NCBI GenBank assembly: GCA_025451045.1
Contig: JANWLD010000001.1
Coordinates: 407,468 to 471,467, forward strand
From: Candidatus Saccharimonadales bacterium
GTDB lineage: Bacteria > Patescibacteriota > Saccharimonadia > Saccharimonadales > 2-12-FULL-41-12
Direction: 5' to 3'
DNA: 64,000 bases
In this document: piece after piece, positions 38,016-49,007 of the stretch
Position numbering within the stretch: position 1 is the first letter of the stretch
Layout: each line of letters starts with the position of its first letter
Translations under genes and position numbers: made by a program
The notes under the pieces: generated by a model
Told to the model about the DNA's origin: nothing
Database searches by the model: none
What the model saw: the letters and a program-made list of their open reading frames with translations, nothing else

Positions 38016-39245
38016 GTGGAGTTGGATTTTAAGCAACTAGCACAGGTAATCAAATCGATTGCCGAAGAAAAAAACTTACCGGAAGATTCGGTTAAAGAAG
38101 TGGTCGAACAGGCCTTGGCTGCCGCATATCGCAAAGATTTTGGCGACCGCGAGCAGGAGATAAGGACCGAAATGAACCTAAATACTGGCACTATAGATAT
38201 ATACATATCTAAAGACGTTGTCGAAGAAGTAGGCGATGAACGCTTTGAGATAAGTCTTGAGGACGCCAAAAAGAAGAAAAAAGATGCCAAAATTGATGAT
38301 GTAATTGAAATCCTGGAAAAACCGGAGACTTTCGGCCGTGTAGCCGCCCAAACTGCCAAGCAAGTGATTTTGCAAAGACTTCGTGAAGCCGAGCGTGAAA
38401 TCATTATGAATGAATACCAGGATAAAATTGGCACCGTAATTAACGGAGTAGTTTCCCGCGTGGAAGGCCGGCTTATCCGGTTTGAACTTGGGAAGGCTCA
38501 GGCGATAATGCCGGCCAGCGAGCAGATTCAAAACGAAAGATACCACCCCGGCCAACGGCTAAAGGTATTTTTAAAAGATGTTGAACGCGGTTTTCGCGGC
38601 CCGCAACTGGTCGTATCTCGCGGTAATACCGAGTTTATGGAATGGCTGTTTCGCGCTGAAGTGCCGGAAATGGAAAGCGACGCAGTGACTATAAAAGCAA
38701 TATCCCGTGAAGCTGGTGTCCGTAGCAAGATTGCCGTAGCCAGCACTGTGCCCGGAGTTGATCCGGTCGGCACATTTGTCGGCGGCCATGGCACCAGAGT
38801 CAATGCGGTAATGAGCGAAATCGGCGACCAGGAAAAGATAGACATTGTTGTTTGGGACGAAGACTCCAAACAGTTTATCGAAAACGCTCTAAGCCCGACC
38901 AAGGTTACAGCCGTTGAATTAGACGAGGCTAACAAAAAGGCAGTTATCAAAGTACCGGAAGACCAGCTGAGTATTGCTATCGGCAAGAACGGACAGAATG
39001 TCCGGTTGGCTAGTAAATTAACCGGTTACGAGCTGGATATAGTTTCAGAAGAAGGCGGCGATAAAACCAAACCTGAACCTGAAACAAAGGAACCGCAAGT
39101 CAGTACCAGCAAACCTTTAGGCGGCCAGAAGTTGAAGAAAAAAGAACAGCTTGAGTCAAGCTTGCTGGAAGCGATTGAAGAACACGGCGACGAAGGCGGG
39201 GAAGAAAAACCTGCCGAAGAAACTTCTGATAAAAAAGAGGACTAA
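38016..39245 (+). CDS. nusA: transcription termination/antitermination factor NusA
   Basis: N-terminal, S1 and KH1-KH2 domain order with an acidic/Lys-rich tail. GTG start with SD AAGGAG. Confidence 0.9.
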   Translation: MELDFKQLAQVIKSIAEEKNLPEDSVKEVVEQALAAAYRKDFGDREQEIRTEMNLNTGTIDIYISKDVVEEVGDERFEISLEDAKKKKKDAKIDDVIEILEKPETFGRVAAQTAKQVILQRLREAEREIIMNEYQDKIGTVINGVVSRVEGRLIRFELGKAQAIMPASEQIQNERYHPGQRLKVFLKDVERGFRGPQLVVSRGNTEFMEWLFRAEVPEMESDAVTIKAISREAGVRSKIAVASTVPGVDPVGTFVGGHGTRVNAVMSEIGDQEKIDIVVWDEDSKQFIENALSPTKVTAVELDEANKKAVIKVPEDQLSIAIGKNGQNVRLASKLTGYELDIVSEEGGDKTKPEPETKEPQVSTSKPLGGQKLKKKEQLESSLLEAIEEHGDEGGEEKPAEETSDKKED

Positions 39246-39494
39246 ATGGTCTGGCAAGATTATGTTATTGCGCTGGTCCAGATAGGGTTGGTCATTGCGC
39301 TTATTCCGACGCTTCGCGGCAAAGATAAGCCAGCCTTATCTACCAGTATCATGAACACTCTGTTGCTGGGCATCATAACATTCTGCTTTTTTACTCTTGA
39401 GTTATATTTTGCAACTTGCACAGTTCTCGCTACCGCTTTAGCATGGGCTGTCTTGGCAGTTCAGAAGATGAAACAAGAAAAGACAGAAAACTAA
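39246..39494 (+). CDS. small hydrophobic protein (82 aa)
   Basis: Starts one nt after the nusA stop. Three predicted TM segments. Confidence 0.5.
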   Translation: MVWQDYVIALVQIGLVIALIPTLRGKDKPALSTSIMNTLLLGIITFCFFTLELYFATCTVLATALAWAVLAVQKMKQEKTEN

Positions 39495-39573
39495 TATTAA
39501 GTTATATGATTGACTAAAACACAATTGTCACGTACATTAAATTAATTATAGATTTTAGGATTAACGGGGTTTT

Positions 39574-40236
39574 ATGAAGACATTTGAAAAAGCGAAGTCG
39601 GGAGCAGAGAAAATACTTAAAAATGGCGGTTTGGCCAAGGCTGGCGTGGTCGGAGCATTAATGTTGGCAGGTTGCGGCGAAGCTTCCGAGCTGGCTCAGC
39701 AGCCGCTTAAAGCAGAGAATCCTCTATCCCAATCACTGAATGATTATAGGGATAGGGTGAACCTTAGTAAAAAGGCTCGAGTAGTTCTTAACACCTGCGT
39801 GGCATGGGGGAATGTTAGCGGAGGTATAACTGTTACCCGGAATCCGGGAATTGATACTGTTCGGTCAACCGAGGGAACTTACTCGTATTTTGTGTTTGCA
39901 TATCCCGATAATGATAAGAAGTTTCCATTAATCCAGCAAAATAATGGACCCCAAGCAAGAGTGACTGAAAACGGAGATGTTTATGGGGGCGGGCCTTCAG
40001 GGTCTCTGCTAACGATTGATCTGGAAAAACAGAAAGGCTATTTAGCACACGCCACCAACCGTGCTTTGGCTGACCAACCGACTTTTGCTGATAACGGGCA
40101 GGTTTACCATACGGATGCGCAGACTGGCGTTCCGGTGATGAATACCGCAATAACAGACGGACCGTTTACCGACAAAAGAGTCAATTCTGTATGTGATGCG
40201 CTTAAAACTGGCGCTCCTATAGACCCCTTCGGTTAA
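39574..40236 (+). CDS. putative lipoprotein
   Basis: Signal peptide with lipobox LMLAGC. No other motif recognised. Confidence 0.6.
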   Translation: MKTFEKAKSGAEKILKNGGLAKAGVVGALMLAGCGEASELAQQPLKAENPLSQSLNDYRDRVNLSKKARVVLNTCVAWGNVSGGITVTRNPGIDTVRSTEGTYSYFVFAYPDNDKKFPLIQQNNGPQARVTENGDVYGGGPSGSLLTIDLEKQKGYLAHATNRALADQPTFADNGQVYHTDAQTGVPVMNTAITDGPFTDKRVNSVCDALKTGAPIDPFG

Positions 40237-40257
40237 ACCGTTAACTTAGAAACAAAG

Positions 40258-40284
40258 TTAGCACTCTTGACCATTGAGTGCTAA
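40258..40284. promoter_or_regulatory. CIRCE operator (HrcA binding site) upstream of clpC
   Basis: TTAGCACTC-TTGACCATT-GAGTGCTAA matches the consensus TTAGCACTC-N9-GAGTGCTAA exactly. TTGACC in the spacer, a 16-nt gap and TGCTATAAT (40286-40294) form a promoter. Confidence 0.85.
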
Positions 40285-40333
40285 TTGCTATAATAGTTTT
40301 AGTGTATTAAAAACCACTAGATTGGAATAATCC

Positions 40334-42817
40334 ATGCCCCCTTCAGCAGATTTTCAAGACTTTTTGAATCACTTAACTGAGAATGCTCTGGCCAGTCTGC
40401 GCCATGCGGACGGTATTGCGCGAACCAGCGGCAGTCCATATGTAGGCACTGAACATCTGTTATTGGGATTGTTGGCTCAGGAGTCATCTATCGGCGCGAA
40501 AATGCTGGATGGCGCTGGCGTAACACTCCAAAAAGCCAAACTGGCTTTGAACGTTAACCCTGCCCCAATCAGTTCGGTCGGTTCAAAGGGCCTTAGCGAA
40601 GTCGCGAAACTTACGCTTAATATGGCTTATGAGATAGCCCAGGACTTCAACCAAGAATACTGTGGAACAGAACACATATTATTCAGTATCTTAAGTCAGA
40701 AGAATGCCCGGGCCAGCGAAATTCTGCGTTCAATGGGCGTAGCGATTGAACCGTTGATTAACGAACTTGAACAGTTCCTCAATCGGCAGCAAGGCAGCGG
40801 CGGACAGCTGGGTGCCAGCCGCCGGCAAAAAAAGGGCCGCAAGACCGCGCTTGATTTTTTTGGAACCGACCTTACCGCCAAAGCCCGTCAAGGCGGGTTG
40901 GACCCGGTTATCGGCCGTGACGCACAACTTGCTAGAGTCATAACTATACTGAGCCGCAGAACCAAGAATAACCCTGTACTTATAGGAGAACCCGGTGTCG
41001 GTAAAACCGCTATAGTTGAAGGTTTGGCCGCCCGTATTATCGCCGAAGACGTACCAGACAACCTTATTGGTAAGCGGCTTATTATGCTTGATTTGGCCGG
41101 TATGATTGCCGGTACTAAATACCGCGGTGAATTCGAAGACCGGCTAAAAAAAGTCATGACCGAACTTGAACAAGACAAGAAAGCTATCGTCTTTGTTGAT
41201 GAAATTCACTTGGTAGTCGGTGCCGGTGCCGCTGAAGGCGCGATGGACGCCGGTAATATGCTCAAGCCGGCCTTGGCAAGAGGCAAAATCCAGCTTATCG
41301 GTGCAACGACTACTGTTGAATACAGCAAACATGTCGAAAAAGATGCGGCCTTGGAGCGGCGTTTCCAGCCGGTGATTGTACCGGAAGCAACCAAGACCGA
41401 AACCGTCAGTATCCTGCGCGGGCTTAGAAAACATTATGAATCATTCCATAATGTCAAAATCAGCGACGAAGTGATTGATGACACAGTCCGCTTTGCTAAG
41501 CGTTATATCAACGACCGGTATATGCCCGATAAAGCGATAGACTTGATTGATGAAGCTTCAGCGCATGTGCGTGTTGGGAAAGGCAAAACACCGCCGGAAC
41601 TAAGAAAAGCCCAAAAAGAGCTACGCTTGCTTCAAGTACGGATTGAAGATGCCGCAACCGCTGAAGATTATGAAACAGCGGCTACTCTCAAGACCAAGGC
41701 CAGTCGCTTGAGCGAAGAAATTATCAAGCTTCAAGCCAAATACAACGACGGCAAAATTATCAAGCTAACCAGCGATGACGTAGCCGAGGTAGTGGCTAGG
41801 ATTACCGGCGTGCCGGTAACCAAAGTTATCCGCAGCGAAGCCAAATATCTTTTGAATCTTGAAAAGACTTTGAGCAAATACATTATTGGCCAAAAAGAAG
41901 CAATCAAAGCTGTCGCCACGGCCGTTCGGCGCAGTCGAAGCGGTATCAGCGACAGCCGCCGGCCTATCGGCTCGTTTGTTTTCTTGGGCCCGACGGGCGT
42001 GGGCAAGACCGAATTAGCCCGGATTTTGGCCAGAGAATTCTTCGGGAGTGAAGATAATCTGGTGAAAATCGATATGTCCGAATTTGGCGAGCATCACAAC
42101 GTTTCACGATTAATGGGGGCGCCAGCTGGCTATGTCGGTTATGATGATGGCGGCCAACTGACAGACAAGATACGACGCCAACCGTACAGCTTGGTGCTAT
42201 TTGATGAGATTGAAAAGGCCCACCCGGACGTGTTTAACATGATGTTGCAAATACTTGAAGATGGCCGGCTGACCGACGGCAAAGGCCGGGCGATTGATTT
42301 TAGTAACACCATCGTGATAATGACCAGCAATATCGGCGCTGAGAAATTACAAAAAGAATCGCAGTTTGGTTTTTCTGTCAGCTCGGCCAAAGAGAAGGAA
42401 GATCTGGCCGAACTTCATGAAACCAACAAACAGAACGTATTGGATAGTTTGAAAAAAATGATGCGGCCTGAACTGCTCAATAGAATTGATAAGACAATTG
42501 TTTTTAGGGCTTTGACCAAAGCCGAAATAGCCGAAATCCTGGAATTGCAGATTAATGAGTTAAATGAACGCCTAGTCCGCCAAGGGCTGGTAGTTAAGCT
42601 TAGCGGCACTGCTAAAGACTGGTTGGTCAAAGAGGGCTATGACCCGCAAAACGGCGTACGGCCGATGCGCCGTTTGCTTCAGGAGACATTGGAAGACAGT
42701 ATCTCCGACGGTTTGCTGTCCGGTGAATATACCAAAGGCACCGTAATAAATGTTGGTGTTCGAAACGGCAAGCTGACTTTTGAGGGCAAAAAAGAAGCCG
42801 CAGCAACCATAGCTTAA
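40334..42817 (+). CDS. clpC: ATP-dependent Clp protease ATP-binding subunit ClpC
   Basis: Two Clp_N repeats, two AAA+ modules ([16 protein letters not shown]) and a UVR-like linker. Confidence 0.9.
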   Translation: MPPSADFQDFLNHLTENALASLRHADGIARTSGSPYVGTEHLLLGLLAQESSIGAKMLDGAGVTLQKAKLALNVNPAPISSVGSKGLSEVAKLTLNMAYEIAQDFNQEYCGTEHILFSILSQKNARASEILRSMGVAIEPLINELEQFLNRQQGSGGQLGASRRQKKGRKTALDFFGTDLTAKARQGGLDPVIGRDAQLARVITILSRRTKNNPVLIGEPGVGKTAIVEGLAARIIAEDVPDNLIGKRLIMLDLAGMIAGTKYRGEFEDRLKKVMTELEQDKKAIVFVDEIHLVVGAGAAEGAMDAGNMLKPALARGKIQLIGATTTVEYSKHVEKDAALERRFQPVIVPEATKTETVSILRGLRKHYESFHNVKISDEVIDDTVRFAKRYINDRYMPDKAIDLIDEASAHVRVGKGKTPPELRKAQKELRLLQVRIEDAATAEDYETAATLKTKASRLSEEIIKLQAKYNDGKIIKLTSDDVAEVVARITGVPVTKVIRSEAKYLLNLEKTLSKYIIGQKEAIKAVATAVRRSRSGISDSRRPIGSFVFLGPTGVGKTELARILAREFFGSEDNLVKIDMSEFGEHHNVSRLMGAPAGYVGYDDGGQLTDKIRRQPYSLVLFDEIEKAHPDVFNMMLQILEDGRLTDGKGRAIDFSNTIVIMTSNIGAEKLQKESQFGFSVSSAKEKEDLAELHETNKQNVLDSLKKMMRPELLNRIDKTIVFRALTKAEIAEILELQINELNERLVRQGLVVKLSGTAKDWLVKEGYDPQNGVRPMRRLLQETLEDSISDGLLSGEYTKGTVINVGVRNGKLTFEGKKEAAATIA

Positions 42818-42850
42818 GACGCTTGTCTTGTTTATACTGTTAAGTAATTT

Positions 42851-43822
42851 ATGAAAAGTAGAAGTGCCATACGTTTGTTGGTTTTTACGGTGTTAATAGC
42901 CGGTTTGGCCGTGATTGTAGCAAATATGCAGGCTGTCAGCGATTGGTGGATGTTGCATAGTTACACTCCCGACCAGAGGGTAGTCCAGCTAGCTGACGAA
43001 ACCACCATGAAAAGCGACACGCGGCGGGTGTTTTACATCAATCATCCGCAGCTTGATGATAAATCGGAATTCAACGGACATTGCCGGACAGTGGAACAAA
43101 CCATTGTGCTGGGCTGTTTTATCGACCATGATGGGATATATTTGCTCAATGTTACTGACCCTAGGCTGGATGGAGTTGTCGAAGTAACCGCGGCTCACGA
43201 GACTTTACATGCTATGTACGCCCGCCTGGATGATGCTGAGCGGGCTAAAGTAGACAAAATGACCGCAAGTTTCTTTGCTACGCTTAATAATGAACGGATA
43301 AAAAAGACGATTGCCGGTTATAGGGCGAAAGATCCTTCTGTAGTGCCGAACGAGCTTCATTCTATTTTAGGGACTGAGGTTCGCAACCTAAGCCCGGAGC
43401 TGGAGAATTATTATAAGCAATATTTTAGCGACAGGACAAAGATAGTCGACTACTCTGATAAGTACGAACAAGTCTTCACCAGCATTGAAGTAAAAGCCAA
43501 AAGTTTTGACGACAGGCTGACCGCTTTAAAGCGCACTATAGACGCGAATGAGGCTGAAATTGAATCAAAGACCGCGGCTTTGGACAATAAACAACGGGAA
43601 CTTAACGGGCTGCGTTCAGCCGGCAATATAGATGAGTATAACCGGCAGGTACCGGTATATAATGCAATGATAAGAGATTATAACGGATTGATAAACCAGA
43701 CCAAGCTACAGATAGATGAATATAATGCGCTGCTAAATCAGCGCAATCAGCTGGTTATTCAGCAACAGCAACTGCATAAGTCTATAGACAGTAACAGTAT
43801 TAACGAAAAAAGCAGCAGATAA
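42851..43822 (+). CDS. membrane-anchored HExxH protein with C-terminal coiled coil
   Basis: N-terminal TM helix, AAHETLHAMY motif, and a Q/N-rich heptad-like C-terminus. Confidence 0.55.
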   Translation: MKSRSAIRLLVFTVLIAGLAVIVANMQAVSDWWMLHSYTPDQRVVQLADETTMKSDTRRVFYINHPQLDDKSEFNGHCRTVEQTIVLGCFIDHDGIYLLNVTDPRLDGVVEVTAAHETLHAMYARLDDAERAKVDKMTASFFATLNNERIKKTIAGYRAKDPSVVPNELHSILGTEVRNLSPELENYYKQYFSDRTKIVDYSDKYEQVFTSIEVKAKSFDDRLTALKRTIDANEAEIESKTAALDNKQRELNGLRSAGNIDEYNRQVPVYNAMIRDYNGLINQTKLQIDEYNALLNQRNQLVIQQQQLHKSIDSNSINEKSSR

Positions 43823-45169
43823 ATGCCTAAAATGAAACAAAGATATATATGCACAAACTGCGCGGCGCAGTATCCGGTTTGGTCAGGCCGTTGCAATAGT
43901 TGCGGGGAATGGAATACGCTGGAAGAAGAACCGGAAATCGTAGTCGGTAGCGGCAAGTTGAGCACAGGCAAGGCGCTTAAAGCTGTCACTACAAAAAATA
44001 TTAAACTAAAAGACCGCCAAAAAAGATTGCCGGCAGGAATCGATGATGTCGACAATGTTTTGGGCGGCGGCTTCGTGCCCGGCAGTATAACGCTGATTGC
44101 CGGACAGCCCGGAATCGGCAAAAGCACCCTATTGCTTCAGGTCGCGGCTAATGTCGCGAAAAATCAGTCAGTGCTTTATGTCAGCGGCGAAGAATCGGCG
44201 CATCAGATAGGTCTGCGCGCCCAGCGGCTGGGCGTGGCCGACTCCAAGTTAGATCTCGCTACTTCTACCAGCGCTGATGACATAGCTTCGACCATTTCTG
44301 GCGGTAAATACTCAGTTGTATTTGTTGATTCTATCCAAACCATGACAGCCAGCGCCGTTTCATCCGCGGCTGGCAGCGTAAGCCAGATTACCAATAGTAC
44401 CCACCTTATAATGAATGCCGGCAAACATACGGATACAGCAGTGATTTTGGTCGGTCATGTAACTAAAGAAGGCTCAATTGCCGGACCGAAGATATTGGAA
44501 CATGTGGTTGATGTCGTACTGAACCTGGAAGGCGATCGTTATGGCGGTTTTAAGTTACTGCGCAGTGTCAAAAATCGTTTTGGTTCCACTAACGAGGCTG
44601 GTATCTTTGAAATGCAAAATGAAGGCTTAGTCCAGGTTGAAAATCCATCTGCCAGCTTGCTGGCTGAGCGCCAAGAAAGCGACGGCTCCGTAGTACTGGC
44701 TACCATGGAAGGCATGCGGCCGATATTGGTTGAGGTCCAGGCGCTGGTCAACAAGACTTCATACGGTTATCCCAAACGTGCCGCTAGCGGCATAGATCTT
44801 AATCGCGTTAACCTGCTGGTTGCCATGCTGGAGCGCCGGACTAGATTGAATTTAGCTGACCAGGATATTTATATCAACATAGTCGGCGGTATAAAAATCA
44901 GCGAGCCGGCAGCCGATTTAGCCATTTGTATGGCAATAGGCTCGGCGGCCAAAGGCCTTCAGCTGAAAGGCAATGCCGTGGTTTACGGCGAAGTAGGCTT
45001 ATCGGGCGAAATCCGCCGGGTGAATTTCGCAGAAAAACGCATCGCCGAGGCAAAGAAGCTTGGTTTTGACACTGTTATAGGGCCAAAATCGGCTGGTAAA
45101 CCAACAGATAAACTACTAAAACCGGTTACTAATATTAAAGATGCCCTTAATTTATATTTAAAGAAATAG
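43823..45169 (+). CDS. radA: DNA repair protein RadA
   Basis: C4 zinc finger CTNCAAQYPVWSGRCNSCGEW, Walker A GQPGIGKST, KNRFG motif and a Lon-like C-terminal domain. Confidence 0.95.
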   Translation: MPKMKQRYICTNCAAQYPVWSGRCNSCGEWNTLEEEPEIVVGSGKLSTGKALKAVTTKNIKLKDRQKRLPAGIDDVDNVLGGGFVPGSITLIAGQPGIGKSTLLLQVAANVAKNQSVLYVSGEESAHQIGLRAQRLGVADSKLDLATSTSADDIASTISGGKYSVVFVDSIQTMTASAVSSAAGSVSQITNSTHLIMNAGKHTDTAVILVGHVTKEGSIAGPKILEHVVDVVLNLEGDRYGGFKLLRSVKNRFGSTNEAGIFEMQNEGLVQVENPSASLLAERQESDGSVVLATMEGMRPILVEVQALVNKTSYGYPKRAASGIDLNRVNLLVAMLERRTRLNLADQDIYINIVGGIKISEPAADLAICMAIGSAAKGLQLKGNAVVYGEVGLSGEIRRVNFAEKRIAEAKKLGFDTVIGPKSAGKPTDKLLKPVTNIKDALNLYLKK

Positions 45170-45176
45170 GATAAAC

Positions 45177-45866
45177 ATGAAAACTATAGATATTATTCAA
45201 ACTATACTGTTGCTGGCTATAGCTATGCTGGTAATTTTCAAACAATCGGCAGTTAACTTCGGGCGAAAAAGTAAAAAACTTATTTTGGACAGCTGCGCAT
45301 TGATTGACGGCCGGATAGTCGAGCTGGTAAATGCCGGATTTATCCAGAGAGAGCTTGTTATACCGCGCTTTGTATTAAAGGAATTACAATTACTGGCCGA
45401 CGGCAGCGATTCCCAGAAACGCGAACGGGCCCGTTTTGGCCTTGATATTGCCAACGCCCTGCAAGCTAATAACAACTGCAAGGTCACTATAAATACCCAG
45501 AGTTTTTCAGAAGTTAAAGCAACTGATGACAAGCTGGTGTTACTCGCCAAAAAGATTTCAGCGGACCTATATACTACTGATTACAATCTTAACAAAGTCG
45601 CCACCGTAGAAGGCGTGAAAGTGCTGAATATAAACGAATTGGCGCTCACCATGCGCCCGCAGATTTTGCCGGGAGAAAAAAAGAAGGTAAAGATAGTTCA
45701 AAAGGGCAGCGGGCGGAACCAAGGCGTCGGTTATCTTGAAGACGGCACAATGGTGGTCGTCGAAAATGCTATACGATTAATCGGTAAAACGGTTGAAGTA
45801 GAAGTCAGCCGTTATCATCAGACCGAATCCGGCAAGATGTTATTCGCTGGCCTAGCCAAAGAATAG
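45177..45866 (+). CDS. PIN/TRAM domain protein (YacL-like)
   Basis: N-terminal TM helix, PIN domain (LDSCALIDGR) and C-terminal TRAM (GKTVEVEVSRY). Confidence 0.75.
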   Translation: MKTIDIIQTILLLAIAMLVIFKQSAVNFGRKSKKLILDSCALIDGRIVELVNAGFIQRELVIPRFVLKELQLLADGSDSQKRERARFGLDIANALQANNNCKVTINTQSFSEVKATDDKLVLLAKKISADLYTTDYNLNKVATVEGVKVLNINELALTMRPQILPGEKKKVKIVQKGSGRNQGVGYLEDGTMVVVENAIRLIGKTVEVEVSRYHQTESGKMLFAGLAKE

Positions 45867-45877
45867 TTTTCAAAAAC

Positions 45878-48800
45878 CTAAGGGCCGCTTACGGTAGCAG
45901 TAGATGATTTTTTACCGTTATCGTTGTTTTGCACGTAAACCGTAGTTCCCAGAGGAGCTTCCGCCGCACTTGTGGAGCAGGAACTGTTGCCGCTGCAGAG
46001 AAATGTTCCATCGGTCTTATAAACGCTCGCTGAGCCAGAGCTGCCACTCCACTTGAATTTCGTATTGCCGCCGTTGACTTGGGCTGAAGTAATACTTGGT
46101 TTTGATCCGCCGCCAAATGATATAGTTTTACTGCCGCTAGTGTAGTCATATAACACGCTATCGATAATTTGGACTTTGACTGATTGATTACCCGAACCCC
46201 CGCTATAGCTAAACGTTTTTGAACCGTCGCCGGAAACGTGTATAGACTGAACGACATTACCGCCAATTAACAAATTAAGCGTACCGGGGAATTGCGGATA
46301 GTCGCTGCTGGAAAGCGGGTGGGTACCGGCCTTGAACGATACCTTAATCTTACATGAGCCGTCGCAACTGGATGGCGCGCTGATTATCTGGGCAAATGGT
46401 TTGGCATCCTCACAACGGTGTACATCATCTTTCTCTTTACTGCTCGTCCCCGTAGTGCGTGTACCACCTCCGCCGTGGAAGATGTCCCCTGAGAATTGAT
46501 TCGCTTGGGCGTTGTTGGCATTCTGCCGAGCCAATGGCGGCGTACAGTCAGTAGCCAGTTTGTTAGATACCTTATCAATCACCGCATTGCTGTTGGTATT
46601 GCCTTTTTTGTACCATGATGGGAACAAGTCAACTGACGGGCTTGGTTCTTGCGAACCAAAACCGACATGGTTTCTTACCACAAAAGCCGGTAGGGTTTGG
46701 ATACCTGATGGCCGCGGCCGCTCCTCCGGTGTCAGACTGTCATGAACAGTATCCATGTATTCATCCCAAATCGGCTGGGTCATCGAACCGGTGTCAGTAG
46801 TAAAAGGCCGGCTGCGATTATGGTAACCAACCCAAACCCCGGTCGCGTAACGGGTGGAGAAGCCCATCATCCAACCGTCCTTGTTATCGTTGGTGGTACC
46901 GGTTTTCATGGAAAATTTCCAACCTTTATAGCGCTGGGATTTTTTGCTGAAATAGCTGGCTCGCGGGTCACTCATCATATCGGCTACGATATAGGCTGCT
47001 TCCGCACGGACGGCTTGTTTGCCAGGTGAAGGCTTCCAGGTCATATCCTTTATCTCTTTGCCTGCGGCATTTTCTACTTTCAATATGTAAGTCTGGGGGA
47101 TTAATTTTCCGTTCCGGGACAGGGTGGTATAGGCATGAACATGCTCATTAAGCTTCAAATAGGCACCGTCGCCAATAGCTGATGATGAATAACAGGGTTT
47201 TTCTTGCGTAAGTGCATTGTCAACATAGCATTTATAACCAGCGCCCTTTATCTGAGGGTCACCCGTGTCTTCCAGCCCCATCTTATCAGCAGTACCGATT
47301 GTTTTATCAATGCCGGCTATCAGCATGGCTTTAACAGCCGGAATGTTACGCGAACCGCCCAAAGCGTAGCGGATAGTTTCCGGCCCCGGTTGGCGGAAAT
47401 CATAATCATGCAGACAATTTCCGCCTACGCGAGACTTGTTGGTACACGGATAGCCGGGCAGCGGATCCTGGGTGTCATAAAGCACCGAACCGGCGCCAAA
47501 CTGGTCGGTATTGTCAATCAAGGAAGTATAGTCATATGGCTTAAAGCTGGAGCCAGGCGGTAATTTTAAGTTAGCGTAATTATTTTCACCGTAAACCGGG
47601 TTTCTGAAATCCGGTCCGCCGACTAGTGCGACCACCTGTCCGGTCTTAACATCTTCAGAAACCATGGATGCCACATCACCTCCTCGGGCAGTAACACCGT
47701 ACATGCCGTCTTTTATAGACTTTTCTGCTAATTTTTGTTTGTCCATATCAAGCGTGGTGATGACTTTCATCCCGCCGACTTTCACGGTCTGTGAAGTCAT
47801 TTTCTCGATCAGTTTTTCTTTGGCCGTTAGGACAAACCAAGGGGCGGTGATACCGGAGTATTTCGGTTTTCGCGGCTTGATTTTTTTAAGGGTATTTACT
47901 TTCTTGGCCTTGTCCCGCTGGGCCGCGGTTATATAGCCTTGTTGTTCCATCAGGTCCAAAACGTAATGCTGGCGGCCCACTAGCTCTTTTTTACTGTATC
48001 GGGCGCCATAAGGCGAGTAAAGTGTCGGCGATTTTGGCATTGCCGCTAAAAATGCCGCTTCGTCCAGCGTGGCGTCCTTAGCGCTTTTTTGGAAATAATC
48101 CCGCATAGCGGCTTCTACGCCATATTGGATGTCACCGTAGGGGGCAGTGTTAAGGTAACCGGTTAAAATCTGCTGTTTGGAGTATGTCCGTTCCAGCTCT
48201 ACGGAAATTATCAGCTCTTTGATTTTACGGGCGTAAGTACGCTCTTTTGTCCAGTCCTGGGTAAGTTTGACCAACTGCTGGGTTATTGTCGAACCGCCCT
48301 GCTGGCCGCCGTGTCCTAAGTAGTTGTTAACGCCGGCCCGGGCAATAGCCCTGACGTCGAAACCGCCATGTTTGTAAAAATCCTTATCCTCGACAGCGAT
48401 AGTCGCATCTTTAACATTTTGCGCAATGTCTTTGTCGTCAACCGGGTTGCGCTTGACGGCGTCATAATCTTCCCACAGCAGGGTCTTGCCGGTACGGTCA
48501 TAGTACCTGATTGAACCGCCGATGTTATTGCCTGATATATCGCGCAGGTTTGGCAGGTCTTTTCGGAAATAAGCAAAAACGCCGATAAGTAGCAGGAAAA
48601 CAGCCAAAATACCTATACCCATTAGTTTGAGCGCCATCAGGCCGCCTTCGCGGCTAAACCAATAGTGATAAAGCCGTTTCGGATGCATGCGGTAAAGAAA
48701 CCGTTTGACTGGATTTTTTGGCAAAGTTGCCAGATATGCTGCCCTATGCCGCGACCTAGCGTCTCGCTTGGCTTGCCACCTGCTCTGCAGGTTGCTGTTA

Positions 48801-48898
48801 AGCTTTATCCGATTGCCCTTTTTGGTTACATAGTGGCTGCGCGGTTGGTTGGAAGACTTGTTTATTCTCAGGCGTATCTTTTTTTTAGGTCCCGGCAT
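45878..48898 (-). CDS. bifunctional class A penicillin-binding protein (PBP1A type)
   Basis: GT51 motifs EDKDFYKHGG and GGSTITQQ. Transpeptidase motifs SSFKP and KTGTT. Basic N-terminal tail, TM helix and a Gly/Ser-rich beta-type C-terminal extension. Confidence 0.9.
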   Translation of the reverse strand: MPGPKKKIRLRINKSSNQPRSHYVTKKGNRIKLNSNLQSRWQAKRDARSRHRAAYLATLPKNPVKRFLYRMHPKRLYHYWFSREGGLMALKLMGIGILAVFLLLIGVFAYFRKDLPNLRDISGNNIGGSIRYYDRTGKTLLWEDYDAVKRNPVDDKDIAQNVKDATIAVEDKDFYKHGGFDVRAIARAGVNNYLGHGGQQGGSTITQQLVKLTQDWTKERTYARKIKELIISVELERTYSKQQILTGYLNTAPYGDIQYGVEAAMRDYFQKSAKDATLDEAAFLAAMPKSPTLYSPYGARYSKKELVGRQHYVLDLMEQQGYITAAQRDKAKKVNTLKKIKPRKPKYSGITAPWFVLTAKEKLIEKMTSQTVKVGGMKVITTLDMDKQKLAEKSIKDGMYGVTARGGDVASMVSEDVKTGQVVALVGGPDFRNPVYGENNYANLKLPPGSSFKPYDYTSLIDNTDQFGAGSVLYDTQDPLPGYPCTNKSRVGGNCLHDYDFRQPGPETIRYALGGSRNIPAVKAMLIAGIDKTIGTADKMGLEDTGDPQIKGAGYKCYVDNALTQEKPCYSSSAIGDGAYLKLNEHVHAYTTLSRNGKLIPQTYILKVENAAGKEIKDMTWKPSPGKQAVRAEAAYIVADMMSDPRASYFSKKSQRYKGWKFSMKTGTTNDNKDGWMMGFSTRYATGVWVGYHNRSRPFTTDTGSMTQPIWDEYMDTVHDSLTPEERPRPSGIQTLPAFVVRNHVGFGSQEPSPSVDLFPSWYKKGNTNSNAVIDKVSNKLATDCTPPLARQNANNAQANQFSGDIFHGGGGTRTTGTSSKEKDDVHRCEDAKPFAQIISAPSSCDGSCKIKVSFKAGTHPLSSSDYPQFPGTLNLLIGGNVVQSIHVSGDGSKTFSYSGGSGNQSVKVQIIDSVLYDYTSGSKTISFGGGSKPSITSAQVNGGNTKFKWSGSSGSASVYKTDGTFLCSGNSSCSTSAAEAPLGTTVYVQNNDNGKKSSTATVSGP

Positions 48899-49007
48899 AT
48901 CGGTTTACGAATTACTCCTTAGAAGCGATAAATTCATCATAAATAATGGCTTATATTATAGCATTTTTAACTAAGCACAACATTTATTTTCCGTTATACT
49001 GTCCATT

